From NCBI GenBank assembly GCA_035528435.1, contig DATKYN010000141.1, forward strand, positions 7,939 to 71,938: a DNA stretch of 64,000 nt, in the 5' to 3' direction. The notes below the pieces were generated by a model. The model was not told where the DNA came from. It searched no databases and saw only the letters and a program-made list of their open reading frames with translations. Position numbers and translations under genes: made by a program. Position 1 is the first letter of the stretch; each line of letters starts with the position of its first letter. Below, one piece after another: positions 44,000 through 52,439 of this stretch. This DNA is from Burkholderiales bacterium. Its GTDB lineage: Bacteria; Pseudomonadota; Gammaproteobacteria; Burkholderiales; Eutrophovitaceae.

Positions 44000-45494
44000 C
44001 AGCAATATGTATCTTGAAATCTCCGGCGTGGTTGAAGCCTATCGGGACCGAATCGCGTTGAGAGCCGGTAACGGCAACGAGTTAAGTTACGGCGAACTGG
44101 ATGCCGAGGTCGCCCGATATGCCAATGCCTTATGCGAGACTGGTCTGCGACGCGGAGACCGGGTAGCCGTTCAGCTTCGCAAGAGCATTCCTTCACTGTT
44201 CGTCTATCTCGCGTGCCTGCGCGCCGGGCTGGTTTATCTTCCCCTGAATACCGCTTACCGTAGTGCCGAACTGGACTATTTTCTGCGCGATGCCGAACCC
44301 GGTTTGATACTGGTCGAAGCAAAGCAACGCACGGCAATGGAAGATCTGGCCAAAGCAACGATTGGTGCAACGGTGATGACTGAGGAAGAGGTGACCGGGC
44401 TTGCGCAGCGAGCGGCGGGCTCGCACGAACAATTTCCCACCGCGACGTCGGGGCCCGATGACCTTGCGGTGATTATTTACACGTCCGGCACGACAGGACG
44501 CAGCAAGGGCGCAATGGTTACTCATGACAACCTCGTTTCCAATGCGCGTGCACTGACGCAGCAATGGAAGTTCACCGGTGACGACGTACTACTGCATGCT
44601 CTGCCAATTTTTCATGTTCATGGCCTGTTCGTCGCCAATCATTGCGCGCTGACAACTGGCGCGTGCTTGCTGTGGCATGACCGGTTCGACGCAAGCGATG
44701 TTGCGCGTGATATCAAGCGTTCCACCGTGCTTATGGGAGTTCCGACGTACTACGTGCGTTTACTCGGGGAGCCGGATTTTTCGCGAGAGGCCTGCTGCAG
44801 CATGCGGTTGTTCGTATCCGGATCGGCCCCCTTGCTGGCGGAAACGCATTATCAGTTCGAACAGCGTACTGGACATCGAATCCTTGAACGCTATGGTATG
44901 TCCGAAGCCGGCATGATCACGTCCAATCCGTATCACGGAGAGCGCCGCGCGGGGACCGTTGGTTTTCCGCTGCCGGGCGTCGATGTCCGAGTAGCCGACG
45001 AAGCGAACAAGCCCGTACCAAACGGTGAAAAGGGCGCAATACAGATCAAGGGCCGCAATGTCTTCAGTGGTTACTGGCGTATGCCTGAGAAAACGCGGGA
45101 AGAATTTACGCCCGATGGCTGGTTTCGCACCGGCGACATAGGCTTGTTCGATGCTGACGGTTATCTGTCGATTGTTGGCCGGGAGAAAGATCTCATCATT
45201 ACTGGCGGCTATAACGTCTATCCGAAAGAGATCGAACAGGTTATCGATGAATTACCCGGGGTAATTGAATCTGCGGTGATCGGCGTGCCGGACGCTGACT
45301 TCGGCGAGGCGGTGACGGCAGTCGTCGTTGCGACGGCGGGTGCGCAGATCGATCAGGCAACAACCATTAGTGCCCTGAAAACAAAGCTTGCAGGATATAA
45401 GGTGCCGAAGCACGTTCATATCGTCGAAGCGTTGCCGCGCAACGCGATGGGTAAGGTACAGAAAAAGCTGCTGCGCGAACGTTTCGGTCAGTAA
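43992..45494 (+). CDS. matB: Malonyl-CoA synthetase-like AMP-forming ligase (MatB family)
   Basis: Long colinear matches to rhizobial MatB as I recall it: GDRVAVQ..LACLRAGLVYLPLNTAY..AELDYF..DAEP, IIYTSGTTGRSKGAMVTH, LPIFHVHGLFVA, LMGVPTYYVRLL, SGSAPLLAETH, ILERYGM, AGTVGFPLPGV, GYWRMPEKT, GGYNVYPKEIE and NAMGKVQKKLLRE. The ATG at 43992 overlaps the upstream stop by 8 nt. Confidence 0.8.
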   Translation: MNNSNMYLEISGVVEAYRDRIALRAGNGNELSYGELDAEVARYANALCETGLRRGDRVAVQLRKSIPSLFVYLACLRAGLVYLPLNTAYRSAELDYFLRDAEPGLILVEAKQRTAMEDLAKATIGATVMTEEEVTGLAQRAAGSHEQFPTATSGPDDLAVIIYTSGTTGRSKGAMVTHDNLVSNARALTQQWKFTGDDVLLHALPIFHVHGLFVANHCALTTGACLLWHDRFDASDVARDIKRSTVLMGVPTYYVRLLGEPDFSREACCSMRLFVSGSAPLLAETHYQFEQRTGHRILERYGMSEAGMITSNPYHGERRAGTVGFPLPGVDVRVADEANKPVPNGEKGAIQIKGRNVFSGYWRMPEKTREEFTPDGWFRTGDIGLFDADGYLSIVGREKDLIITGGYNVYPKEIEQVIDELPGVIESAVIGVPDADFGEAVTAVVVATAGAQIDQATTISALKTKLAGYKVPKHVHIVEALPRNAMGKVQKKLLRERFGQ

Positions 45495-45519
45495 TTTCTA
45501 CTGTTGGCAAAGCAGAACG

Positions 45520-46320
45520 TCAACCGGAAAAAACGGACCACAGCATTCTCGCCGCGAGCGCAAACAAAATGAGCGCGAAGATCTGTTTCAGGCGCTCGAC
45601 CGGCATACTGTGCGCGAGCTGTGCGCCTACCGGAACCGTAATAAAGGTGCCAATCACAATAGAGATCAGGGCTGGCAGATAGATATAGCCCAGACTCATT
45701 GCTGGCAGGTTCGGTTCCGAAAAGCCGGTGTAGGCGTAACCGGCGGCGCCGGCGAGAGCAATTGGAAAACCGAGTGCCGCCGAGGTGCCAACTGCGTTGC
45801 GCATGGGCACATTGCACATCACCATCAACGGAATGGAAACGACACCGCCGCCAGCGCCCACCAGGCCCGAAATCACGCCGACGATCCCGGAGCCGGCGGA
45901 CATTCCTGCCGGACCCGGCAGTCGTCTGCTGGCAGCAGGTTTCCTGCCCACTATCATTTGTGTTGCCGAGTAGGACACGAATACGACGAACACGATTGCC
46001 AATAAGCGTGAGTCAAGCCAGTCGGCGATGAATGCCCCGAGTAAGGTGCCGACTACGAGGCCGGCTGCCGCCCCGCGAAAAATATCCCAGCGCACTGCGC
46101 CGCGCATGTAATGCGCTCGAATGCTCGACAACGACGTGAAAACAATCGTCGTCAATGAAGTACCGAGGGCAAGATGCAGGATTCGATCGGCAGGGAACTC
46201 CTGGGCAGAGAACATGAATACCAGCAGGGGTACCAATAACATTCCGCCGCCTATACCAAGCATGCCGGCGAACAAGCCGACGATCAGGCCCAGCAAGAGA
46301 TAAACGATCCACCAGTCCAA
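45520..46320 (-). CDS. TauE/SafE family membrane transporter (sulfite/anion exporter-like)
   Basis: 266 aa with about 7-8 TM segments and duplicated G-rich motifs (MLGIGGGMLLVPLL, LVGAGGGVVSIPLM) typical of the TauE/SafE (DUF81) family. Confidence 0.85.
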   Translation of the reverse strand: MDWWIVYLLLGLIVGLFAGMLGIGGGMLLVPLLVFMFSAQEFPADRILHLALGTSLTTIVFTSLSSIRAHYMRGAVRWDIFRGAAAGLVVGTLLGAFIADWLDSRLLAIVFVVFVSYSATQMIVGRKPAASRRLPGPAGMSAGSGIVGVISGLVGAGGGVVSIPLMVMCNVPMRNAVGTSAALGFPIALAGAAGYAYTGFSEPNLPAMSLGYIYLPALISIVIGTFITVPVGAQLAHSMPVERLKQIFALILFALAARMLWSVFSG

Positions 46321-46329
46321 GCTTTGCCT

Positions 46330-46791
46330 CTAGCTCTCGATGAGTGCCATGATGAACTGCCACTCTTCTTGTGTGACCGGCGTAATGGACAAGCGATTGC
46401 CGCGCTTCAGAATTTGCATGGTCGCAAGCTCAGGGTGCGAGCGCAGTTCCTGGATGCTGACCAGGCGTGTTTTCCGCACCAGCGTGACATTCACATTCAG
46501 CCAGCGCGGGTTTTCCCGTGTTGCCTTTGAGTCGAAGTACTCGCTGTTCTTGTCGAACTGCGTTTCGTCGGGATAGGCGTTGCGGGAAATCTTCATGAGT
46601 CCGGCGATGCCAGGCTGAGGGCAACTCGAGTGGTACAAGAAAACCAGGTCCCCACGCTTCATGTCGTCCCGCATGAAATTACGCGCCTGGTAATTACGTA
46701 CGCCGTTCCATGGTTCCGTTTTTTTCGGCCGTTTGGCCAGATCATCGACACCGAAGACGCTGGGTTCGGATTTCATCAGCCAGTAATGCAT
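46330..46791 (-). CDS. EVE (PUA-like) domain protein
   Basis: MHYWLMKSEPSVF...W.GVRNYQARNFMRDDMKRGDLVFLYHS matches the stand-alone EVE/THYN1-like domain. I chose the start at 46791. Confidence 0.85.
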   Translation of the reverse strand: MHYWLMKSEPSVFGVDDLAKRPKKTEPWNGVRNYQARNFMRDDMKRGDLVFLYHSSCPQPGIAGLMKISRNAYPDETQFDKNSEYFDSKATRENPRWLNVNVTLVRKTRLVSIQELRSHPELATMQILKRGNRLSITPVTQEEWQFIMALIES

Positions 46792-46834
46792 CGTTAACAC
46801 CGCAACTCAGTGCCGTCAAAACCAGAGCCGTTAA

Positions 46835-46858
46835 TAAAAAAAGCGGCTCAGCCGCTTT
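46835..46858 (-). terminator. Rho-independent terminator after 6S RNA
   Basis: The minus strand reads AAAGCGGC-tga-GCCGCTTT followed by TTTTTTT. Confidence 0.7.
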
Positions 46859-46869
46859 GATTACTTTCT

Positions 46870-47105
46870 TGTGTCGCTCCAACTGATCTTGCCGGCTGGA
46901 TGAATAGGGTGCCCCCCGCGAATGCCGTCAGACCGATATCCTGAACCGTATGGTTCAAGAGCGGCCACCTTCCGAACGTCTTAGGTACGTCCATGTCGGA
47001 CGCGCACAACAACGTTACTTAAGTCGGCGACCTGACGTAATCACATTGGTTCAGAGAAACAACAGCCTGGACGCACACTGCAGGGGACATGGAATCACAG
47101 GACAA
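46870..47105 (-). ncRNA. ssrS: 6S RNA (ssrS); ends approximate by about 30 nt
   Basis: It lies immediately downstream of zapA, as in E. coli. The minus strand contains 6S-like blocks GUCCCCUGC (47087-47080), pairing with GCGGGGGGC (46919-46911), and CUUGAACCAUACGGUUCAGG (compare E. coli CCUUGAACCAAGGGUUCAAGG). No covariance model was run. Confidence 0.6.
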
Positions 47106-47113
47106 CTGTCAAT

Positions 47114-47422
47114 TCAGAACAGTTCATCCTGAGCGGACAGAATCTCATCGATCTTCGTCTGCATTTCAGCCATTCTACGCCGCACTTCGCCGAGGTCAAC
47201 GCCATCGACGCGCACTGACAATAGCTCGTGTGCCATATTGAGAGCGGCCATGATGGCGATTCGTTCGACACCAATCACTTTGCCGCTGTCACGGATCTCG
47301 CGCATCTTGGCATCGAGGTAGCCGACGGCTTTTTGCAGCTCCGGCTGCTCTTCTTCGGTGCACGCGACCCGGAATTGTCGACCGAGTATGGAGACGTCCA
47401 TTCCGGGTGCTTCCTTGCTCAT
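47114..47422 (-). CDS. zapA: Cell division protein ZapA
   Basis: 102 aa with VSILGRQFRVACTEEEQPELQKAVGYLDAKMREIR...ERIAIMAALNMAHEL, the typical ZapA pattern. Confidence 0.9.
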   Translation of the reverse strand: MSKEAPGMDVSILGRQFRVACTEEEQPELQKAVGYLDAKMREIRDSGKVIGVERIAIMAALNMAHELLSVRVDGVDLGEVRRRMAEMQTKIDEILSAQDELF

Positions 47423-47619
47423 TGTGTGTCTTCCGGAATTTTCTCCACCAGGGCTTCGAGTCGGGTGGTGGCGGTACTGATCTTTTCAGTCAGGCGCTGG
47501 TTCTCATCGCGCGCGGTCGCCAGTTGCTGGCGCAATTGCGAATTGTCCTTGCGCAGCCGCTGGCAGAGTACTGCCAACTGCTGAACTTTATCGTCGAGGC
47601 TGTTGATCTCGGCTTCCAT
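47419..47619 (-). CDS. Small coiled-coil protein upstream of zapA (ZapB-like/TIGR02449-type)
   Basis: 66 aa, entirely heptad-like (LDDKVQQLAVLCQRLRKDNSQLRQQLATARDENQRL). Its stop overlaps the zapA start (ATGA). Confidence 0.6.
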   Translation of the reverse strand: MEAEINSLDDKVQQLAVLCQRLRKDNSQLRQQLATARDENQRLTEKISTATTRLEALVEKIPEDTQ

Positions 47620-47747
47620 GGCATCACTATATTTAAAAGTTCTGAAAAGTCAACTGCTAACGGTATATATTGAATGTTGTTTAGCATCTTTGGTGCCAGC
47701 CGCCCATGATTAATCGGCAGTCTGTTTTGTAATGACCGTGTACACTG

Positions 47748-48010
47748 ATCGGGTTCCAAGGTGCCCTGGATTATTTGTTTGTCAGGGTTAAACGGGAAAT
47801 CAGGTGAAATTGGGCTGGATTGGCGGTTTTTTCGCCGCAGATCCGGACGAATCAGTCCTGTGCTGCCCCCGCAACGGTAAGCGAGTGTGGGCGCGTCATT
47901 CTCGGATCTCTTCAATGGATCCGAAGCCACTGTGACAAGTAAGCGTGTTAGCGCTTACTTATTATGGGAAGGCGACGTGTCAAGACTCGCGAGCCCGGAT
48001 ACCGGCCGTG
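47748..48010 (+). promoter_or_regulatory. Cobalamin (B12) riboswitch
   Basis: Conserved blocks are present: GGUGCC..., GGUUAAACGGGAAAUCAGGUGAAAU, CUGUGCUGCCCCCGCAACGGUAA, the B12 box GAAGCCACUG, then GGGAAGGC and AGCCCGGAUACCGGCC. It lies upstream of a TonB-dependent receptor. Confidence 0.78.
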
Positions 48011-48138
48011 TGAACAGCGACGGAGTTTCCGCGAGGGGCGGTAAACCGGCTGGTTCAATGATGTTTGGCCGCCTACTGCAGAAATCTCCTTGTTTTTTTG
48101 TCACGTACACGGCGGGTGTGCGCATCCGGGAGAGCATC

Positions 48139-50244
48139 ATGGCCACCACACTTCGCCTGGCAAGCATCATCGGCACACTGATGTGTCTTTCGCAATCAGT
48201 CGCTGTTGCAAATGATGTGCACGCCGAATCTGTGCCTACCAATGTCCGCACGGACGACATCGTCGTAACGGCAACCCGGTTTGCCGAAACGGGACTTGAC
48301 CGACCAGTCAACTTAACCGTGATCAGCAGGGAGGCAATCGAAGCCAGCCCGGCGAAAACGGTGCCGGAAGTTCTTGCGGGCCAGGTTGGCATAGTCAACA
48401 CAGAACTGTTCGGTAATAACGGCGCCAATACCACTGTTGATTTGCGTGGCTTCGGCGCGACCGGTGGTCGAAACACCCTTATTCTCGTCGACGGTCGCCG
48501 TATCAATGATATTGACCTGTCCGGCGTGAAGTGGTCTTCCATTCCGCTGTCTTCGGTCGAGCGTATCGAAATTGTTCGTGGCAGTGGTTCGGTTCAGTAT
48601 GGTGACGGCGCGGTCGCGGGCGTGGTCAATATCATCACGCGGTCACCGTCGGGTGGGAGCAGCAGCGCGACTGTGGGTGCACGTTACGGCTCGCTCGATA
48701 CGCGGCAGGGGAAAGTCAACGCGACACTGCTCGAGGATGCCTACGGTCTGAACATCAATGCTTACAAATATTCTTCCGATGGCTATCGCGAGAATAATCA
48801 GAATGAAGATTCGGCGTTGCAGCTGGATGCCAGACGCACTGGAATCTCCAACGACCTTTCGTTCAAGCTCGGCAGCGACCGGCAGACCATCCGCTTGCCG
48901 GGAGGGCGTCGCGTGCAACCGAGCGCAGATATCAATCAGCTCGAAGACGATCGACGTGGCACTTCGACCCCGCTCGATTACGCGACGCGGGACGGCGCGT
49001 ACGCAACATTCGGGCTGTCAAGTCGACAGGATTTCGGTCTGATAGATGTCGAGTTAGGCTACCGTGAGAAAGAGCAGTCCTCCTATTTCGATTTTGGCGG
49101 CTTTCCGGACTACCGCGAGACGGACCTCGATGTCTGGAGTTTTACACCGCGTATCAAGATTCCGTACGTCTTCGGCAAAACCGATAACGAACTCGTGGTC
49201 GGTATCGACATCTACGATTGGGACTATCGCCTCGACACCTCGAACGATCCCATGAATATCGTTACGCCGATCAATCAGATACGCGCGACCCAACTGGACT
49301 ATGGTTACTATTTGTATGACACGGTCCGGGTCGGCGAAGCCTTGCAACTGTCGTTAGGCTGGCGCGAGCAGTGGCAGGAGATTGAAGCCCGGGACAGTTT
49401 CGACCCGACCGCACCAGGCGCTGGTTTCGGCTCGGGGGCGGCGGACGGTGACCAGGACCTGCGTGAATACGCCTACGAACTGGGGCTACGTTACGATCTG
49501 GATGCGACTTGGGCGATGCTCGCATCCACCGGCCGCAGCTTTCGGTTCGCAACGGTCGATGAAATCTACGAGTTCGCGGGTCCGCCGCTGTTCCAGCGTG
49601 AGTTCCAGTTTCTACTCCCACAGACCGCAGACAGTATCGACATCGGCGTCGAACGTCGATGGAACGCAAATGTGCTACGGGCGACAGTCTTCCAGATCGA
49701 TGTTGAAGACGAAATTCACCTCGATGTGTATAGCACCGGCATCGGAAACACCAACCTTCCGCCATCGCGGCGGCGCGGTATTGAACTCGAGCTGGCGTCC
49801 TCGCTTGGCGATGTCGATCTCGGTGTGACCTACGCTTATACGGAAGCAAAGTACCTTGAGGGCAGTTTTCCCAGCGCGGGAGGCAGCGTTGATATTGCCG
49901 GGAAGACGGTGCCTCTGGTGCCACGCGACAAGCTTACATTCAATGCGCATTGGGCGATTACCGGGGATGCCTACATGACCCTCGCGTATCGCTACGTCAG
50001 CGATCAATTTATGGACAATGACGAGCCAAACGATTTTGGCACGAAAATTCCCGCCTATTCCGTCTTCGATTGGAAGTATTCGCATCGATTCAATGCCTGG
50101 CAAGCTGGGCTGGTGGTAAACAATTTGCTCGACGAGAAGTACTACACCTATGCTGTGCGTAGCACGGCTACCGATGCTTACAATGCTTACCCGCTACCGG
50201 AACGAACCGTTACCGTTTTTGCCGAGTATCAATTCGGACAATAG
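48139..50244 (+). CDS. TonB-dependent outer-membrane receptor (BtuB-like, riboswitch-controlled)
   Basis: A signal peptide (ASIIGTLMCLSQSVAVA) is followed by the TonB box DDIVVTATR, plug motifs (IEIVRGSGSVQYG) and a C-terminal aromatic residue (EYQFGQ end). The first 84 codons of the longest ORF are a translation of the riboswitch. Confidence 0.9.
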   Translation: MATTLRLASIIGTLMCLSQSVAVANDVHAESVPTNVRTDDIVVTATRFAETGLDRPVNLTVISREAIEASPAKTVPEVLAGQVGIVNTELFGNNGANTTVDLRGFGATGGRNTLILVDGRRINDIDLSGVKWSSIPLSSVERIEIVRGSGSVQYGDGAVAGVVNIITRSPSGGSSSATVGARYGSLDTRQGKVNATLLEDAYGLNINAYKYSSDGYRENNQNEDSALQLDARRTGISNDLSFKLGSDRQTIRLPGGRRVQPSADINQLEDDRRGTSTPLDYATRDGAYATFGLSSRQDFGLIDVELGYREKEQSSYFDFGGFPDYRETDLDVWSFTPRIKIPYVFGKTDNELVVGIDIYDWDYRLDTSNDPMNIVTPINQIRATQLDYGYYLYDTVRVGEALQLSLGWREQWQEIEARDSFDPTAPGAGFGSGAADGDQDLREYAYELGLRYDLDATWAMLASTGRSFRFATVDEIYEFAGPPLFQREFQFLLPQTADSIDIGVERRWNANVLRATVFQIDVEDEIHLDVYSTGIGNTNLPPSRRRGIELELASSLGDVDLGVTYAYTEAKYLEGSFPSAGGSVDIAGKTVPLVPRDKLTFNAHWAITGDAYMTLAYRYVSDQFMDNDEPNDFGTKIPAYSVFDWKYSHRFNAWQAGLVVNNLLDEKYYTYAVRSTATDAYNAYPLPERTVTVFAEYQFGQ

Positions 50245-50246
50245 GC

Positions 50247-50279
50247 AACCTCCTGCCGGACGTTGCCCGGCAGGAGGTT
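50247..50279 (+). terminator. 13-bp perfect hairpin after the receptor gene; probable terminator with a weak U-tract
   Basis: AACCTCCTGCCGG-acgttgc-CCGGCAGGAGGTT starts 3 nt after the stop codon and is followed by only TT. Confidence 0.5.
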
Positions 50280-50370
50280 TATGGGCCACCAAAGGCGGTG
50301 GTTACCCCTCCGGCAAGTCGCCACGGGACGCCCATTTTGTTTTTTCATGTCCTCTGTTATGGTGCGCGCC

Positions 50371-52134
50371 ATGCAGCAGATGACCAGCACACAACTGTAT
50401 TTTCGATTGCTGGCGTACGTGCGTCCCTACCTGTGGGTGTTTTCCTTTTCCATTCTGGGAATGTTGATCAGCGCCGCGACCGAAGTGGCCCTGCCTGCCG
50501 CCGTCAAACCCTTCCTGGACGGCACCTTTGTCGACAAGGATCCGGTATTGATCACGTGGACACCGGTTGCCCTGGTTCTGTTGTTCGTGTTCCGGGGCAT
50601 CGGCAGCTTTCTCGGTCAGTATGCAAGTGCCTGGGTTGGTAACAAGGTGGTTATGGATCTGCGCGACCAGATGTTCCGCCAAATGCTTGCCCTGCCGCTG
50701 GGTTACTTCCATGACCACACCACGGGCAATCTGCTGTCACGGTTTACCTACGATGTTGCACAGGTCACCCAGGCCGCCACCCAGGTGGTAACAGTGTTGG
50801 TAAAGGACTCTCTTACCATCGTCGGTTTGTTTGCCTATCTCCTTTACGTAGACTGGAAACTGACGCTGATTTCGATGGTCATGATCCCGCCTATCGCGCT
50901 TGTCGTGCGTTATTTCAATGCACGGTTGCGAAACACCAGCCGTTCGACCCAGACGGCGATGGGTGATCTGACCCAGGTTGTGCAGGAAACCATTGACTGC
51001 AACAAAGTGGTAAAGATCTTTGGCGGCCAGTCGTACGAGACCAGGCGCTTCAACGATACCAGCAACACGCTTCGCGGGTTCATGATGAAGCAAACAGCGG
51101 CTGCCGCCGCAAATGTACCTATCGTGCAGTTATTCGCAGCGCTCGCAACCGCAGTTGTTGTTTACTATGTAACCGTCCAGGCGCAGCAGAATACGACAAC
51201 GGTGGGCGGTTTCGTTTCGTTTCTCGCGGCAATGCTGATGCTCACGGCGCCGTTGAAACGCCTCACCGGGGTAGCGGAACATTTGCAGAGAGGGCTCGCT
51301 GCCGCGGAATCGGTATTTGCGCTAATTGACCAGACGCCGGAACTCGATAGCGGTACCGTCGAGCTGTCCCGGGCCAAAGGCGAACTGCGCTTTGAGCATG
51401 TCGATTTTCAGTATCCGGGCAGCAACCGGCGGGCGTTGATCGATATCAACCTCACGATTACACCGGGAGAAACGGTCGCGCTGGTTGGATCGTCAGGGGG
51501 CGGCAAGACGACGTTTGCCAACATGGTGCCTCGTTTTTTCAGCCCTGACGCCGGCCAAATTCTTCTTGACGGGCATGACGTCAGTTCGCTGACATTGTCC
51601 AGTTTGCGCGCGAATATTGCGCTTGTCAGTCAGGAAGTCGCATTGTTTAATGACACGGTCGCCGCAAACATTGCCTACGGTGTTAATTCCGGTGCCACCC
51701 GCGACGATATCATTGCTGCAGCGCAAGCGGCCCACGCGATGGATTTCATTAATGCGATGCCACAGGGGCTTGATACGTTGATTGGCGAGAACGGAGTGCG
51801 CTTGTCGGGCGGGCAAAGGCAACGTCTCGCTATCGCCCGGACGATACTGAAGAACACGGCAGTGGTTATTCTCGACGAAGCGACTTCGGCGCTGGACTCC
51901 GAATCGGAGAAACACGTGCAGGCAGCACTGGATTCGCTGATGAAGGGTCGGACGACGGTAGTTATTGCTCACCGCCTGTCTACCATAGAGAATGCCGACC
52001 GGATCGTTGTTCTCGATGAAGGCCGTATCGCAGAAACCGGCAGCCACGCCGAGCTTTTGTCCCAGGGCGGCATCTACTCCCGCTTGCACCAGTTGCAGTT
52101 CGCACTCTCTGGAAATCAGCTCGAAACCGGTTGA
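50371..52134 (+). CDS. msbA: MsbA-like lipid A/lipid export ABC transporter (fused permease-ATPase)
   Basis: Six TM segments plus an NBD with Walker A GSSGGGKTT, signature LSGGQRQRLAIAR and Walker B VILDEATSALD. Taking the start at 50371 gives about 587 aa. The start is uncertain. Confidence 0.78.
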   Translation: MQQMTSTQLYFRLLAYVRPYLWVFSFSILGMLISAATEVALPAAVKPFLDGTFVDKDPVLITWTPVALVLLFVFRGIGSFLGQYASAWVGNKVVMDLRDQMFRQMLALPLGYFHDHTTGNLLSRFTYDVAQVTQAATQVVTVLVKDSLTIVGLFAYLLYVDWKLTLISMVMIPPIALVVRYFNARLRNTSRSTQTAMGDLTQVVQETIDCNKVVKIFGGQSYETRRFNDTSNTLRGFMMKQTAAAAANVPIVQLFAALATAVVVYYVTVQAQQNTTTVGGFVSFLAAMLMLTAPLKRLTGVAEHLQRGLAAAESVFALIDQTPELDSGTVELSRAKGELRFEHVDFQYPGSNRRALIDINLTITPGETVALVGSSGGGKTTFANMVPRFFSPDAGQILLDGHDVSSLTLSSLRANIALVSQEVALFNDTVAANIAYGVNSGATRDDIIAAAQAAHAMDFINAMPQGLDTLIGENGVRLSGGQRQRLAIARTILKNTAVVILDEATSALDSESEKHVQAALDSLMKGRTTVVIAHRLSTIENADRIVVLDEGRIAETGSHAELLSQGGIYSRLHQLQFALSGNQLETG

Positions 52135-52439
52135 ACCCGGGCCCACGGGTATTGCCTGTCGCTGATTCGAAGGTTCGGGCTCTGGCGCGATAATGGGGCG
52201 CGTCATACACGCCGGCCAATCACTCGCCTGCCCTACCGGCTGCGTTTTTGCCAGGCCGGACGCGTCTGAGAGCAATTCTTCGACTGGCATCTGTCAGCTC
52301 TTTCGCGCCGGGTTTGTTTCACTTATCTTGATCCGGCTCAGTGCATGAACACCCGCAAGGGTATTTAATACCCGGCAGGCCTTGTAACCTTATCGATAAA
52401 GTACCGATAGCAATCAAGTTGATCGCAAGAGGAGAGTGC

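Noticed and set aside
47887-48138. An 84-codon N-terminal extension of the TonB-dependent receptor ORF, and the overlapping minus ORF 47490-47930.
   Set aside because: This stretch is the cobalamin riboswitch and its expression platform. The receptor's signal peptide and Shine-Dalgarno sequence begin at 48139.
52193-52348. A 51-codon plus-strand ORF in the msbA-sorA gap.
   Set aside because: It has no Shine-Dalgarno sequence and no recognisable motif, its composition is like non-coding DNA, and it is below the ORF-track threshold. There is no support for it being a gene.
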